Origin: an uncultured Candidatus Saccharimonadales bacterium
GTDB lineage: Bacteria; Patescibacteriota; Saccharimonadia; UBA4664
NCBI GenBank assembly: GCA_964609585.1
Contig: CAZSRA010000001.1
Location: forward strand, 45,816 to 109,815
Length of the DNA stretch: 64,000 nucleotides
Direction: 5' to 3'
In this document: positions 62,926-64,000 of the stretch, one piece after another
Layout: the number at the start of each line of letters is the position of its first letter
Numbering within the stretch: position 1 is the first letter of the stretch
Position numbers and translations under genes: made by a program
The notes under the pieces: model-generated
Told to the model about the DNA's origin: nothing
Databases searched by the model: none
Seen by the model: only the letters and a program-made list of their open reading frames with translations

Positions 62926-64000
62926 CTATGCAGCAGCCATGAGCCATTCTCCGCAGGGACGACCGAGACCGCCGGCGCTGTGCTCGGAGTCGAGATACGT
63001 TGCGGTGACTCGGTGCAGCCGCTGGCCGATCGAACCGTGTTCGGCGTTGTACTCGGCGCGGAACCATTGGTAGGGAGTTGCGCCGAGGGTGACGCGCTGT
63101 TCGACAATGCTAAGTTGCTTGTCGGCTTCGTCGCGCGAGATACCGCTTCGCACGAGAGCATCCGAGAGATCGGGGAAGAGCTGCAGGATGAACCGATCGG
63201 CGGCCCACTCGGTCATGCCGTTGGGTCCAGGGAACTGGAACTTAGCCTCCAGTCCAAGACGGGCGGCTTCGTAGAAGTTCCTCTTGGCGATGCCGATCTC
63301 AAAGCCATCACCGATCCATGACTCGATGCGATCGGCGAGTAGCTCGATGAGGGCGCAGACGAAGGCCGCGTTAGCTGCCATGTCTGCTACCGTCGGAGGG
63401 GCTCCGAGAGGACGGACTTCGTGCCTCAACCCATCCACGCCGGGAATGGGGCGGTTCCACGGATAGCTCGAGTGAAGTCCGGCACCAAGCTCTATCATCG
63501 CTCTGAGTCGTGTTGCTTCGTCCATCTCGCCGCTGAGATCCGGCAGAAGTGGACTAGAGGCGACGCTGCGACGGAAAAGCAGTATGGGGTCTGTAGCCCA
63601 CTCTTCGTCGAAGTAAGCCAAGCCTCGAGTAGCGGCTTCGAACACCGGGATGCGGGGTTCCGCACCTACGTCCTTGCCGAATAGGAATGTTCCACTTGCG
63701 CAAGCTGCCACCATCAGGGCGAGGGCCGCGAGTATGGCGTTGTGACGTCGGGCGAAGTTCTCCACTGAGGTTGAGCGGTGAACCTGGAAAGAGGTGTTCA
63801 CGCCCTCGAGCCCCACGCAGCGTGTGATTATGCTGAGGTGATCTCGACTTCCTTGGAGGTCGAGCTTGATGAGCCCGTAGAGCTGCTGAAGCCGTCGGTT
63901 GAGTTCGCGGTACCGCGGGCTGGCGCTCAGATTTCTCTCCCGCGTATCGCTCAATCTCATCGTGGGCAAGATGCCGAAGAAGCCAACTTGGCCTCCCAGT
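62926..64000 (-). CDS. Glutamate-cysteine-ligase family 2 / carboxylate-amine ligase (GCS2, YbdK-like). The N-terminus lies outside the window; the frame is open to position 64000.
   Basis: 'FQVHRSTSVENFARRHNAILAALALMVAACASGTFLFGKDVGAEPRIPVFE' parallels the YbdK core 'HVHVG...ALSAASPY..G.DTR...RPNIF'. The reading frame is open through the window end. Confidence 0.45.
   Translation of the reverse strand, partial: LGGQVGFFGILPTMRLSDTRERNLSASPRYRELNRRLQQLYGLIKLDLQGSRDHLSIITRCVGLEGVNTSFQVHRSTSVENFARRHNAILAALALMVAACASGTFLFGKDVGAEPRIPVFEAATRGLAYFDEEWATDPILLFRRSVASSPLLPDLSGEMDEATRLRAMIELGAGLHSSYPWNRPIPGVDGLRHEVRPLGAPPTVADMAANAAFVCALIELLADRIESWIGDGFEIGIAKRNFYEAARLGLEAKFQFPGPNGMTEWAADRFILQLFPDLSDALVRSGISRDEADKQLSIVEQRVTLGATPYQWFRAEYNAEHGSIGQRLHRVTATYLDSEHSAGGLGRPCGEWLMAAA

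Noticed and set aside
1-64000. CRISPR arrays, transposases, integrases, tRNA or rRNA genes, and a diversity-generating retroelement targeting the giant proteins.
   Set aside because: No regularly spaced direct repeats, no transposase or integrase or reverse-transcriptase-like ORFs, and no tRNA cloverleaf candidates were seen. No TR/VR near-repeat pairs were evident by eye. A DGR cannot be fully excluded without a repeat search.

Overview
GC-rich bacterial chromosomal segment, apparently from one replicon, in two parts.

(i) About 1-42.4 kb is an accessory cell-envelope island. Nearly every gene encodes a secreted or membrane-anchored protein.
- Four giant Thr/Gly/Ser/Ala/Asn-rich surface proteins: >2193 aa (5'-partial at the window edge), 1585 aa, 2452 aa and 987 aa. 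They carry Kelch, LVIVD, FN3, CBM4_9-like, ConA-like and H-type-lectin-like modules.
- A module present twice: a secreted Ig/FN3/Cna-B-like protein ending in a cysteine-less TlpA-like thioredoxin fold, paired with a polytopic membrane protein that has an extracytoplasmic Cache-like domain but no transmitter domain. One copy sits in an operon with a receiver-only response regulator carrying a Pro/Ala/Thr-rich tail.
- A cluster of four paralogous secreted beta-rich proteins, a C-terminally TM-anchored DUF916-like protein, a PKD-domain membrane protein and a 7-bladed Vgb-like propeller protein. This resembles csc/WxL 'cell-surface complex' loci.
- A secreted pentapeptide-repeat protein.

(ii) About 42.4-64 kb is core housekeeping: parA-parB, lepB, an LCP-family gene, htrA, prmC-(P-loop kinase)-prfA-rpmE, rpsB-tsf-frr-uppS-rseP-CPBP protease, a T-box-like leader in front of proS, a lipoprotein, an M20-M20-GGCT-like fusion peptidase and a GCS2-like ligase (partial at the window end).

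No rRNA, tRNA, CRISPR array, transposase or integrase was recognised.

The rpsB cluster lacks pyrH and cdsA, EF-Ts is short and ProRS is minimal. These point to a reduced genome (CPR/Patescibacteria-like or another monoderm lineage); this is inference only.

Many long antisense ORFs in the track are artefacts of GC-rich codon usage.
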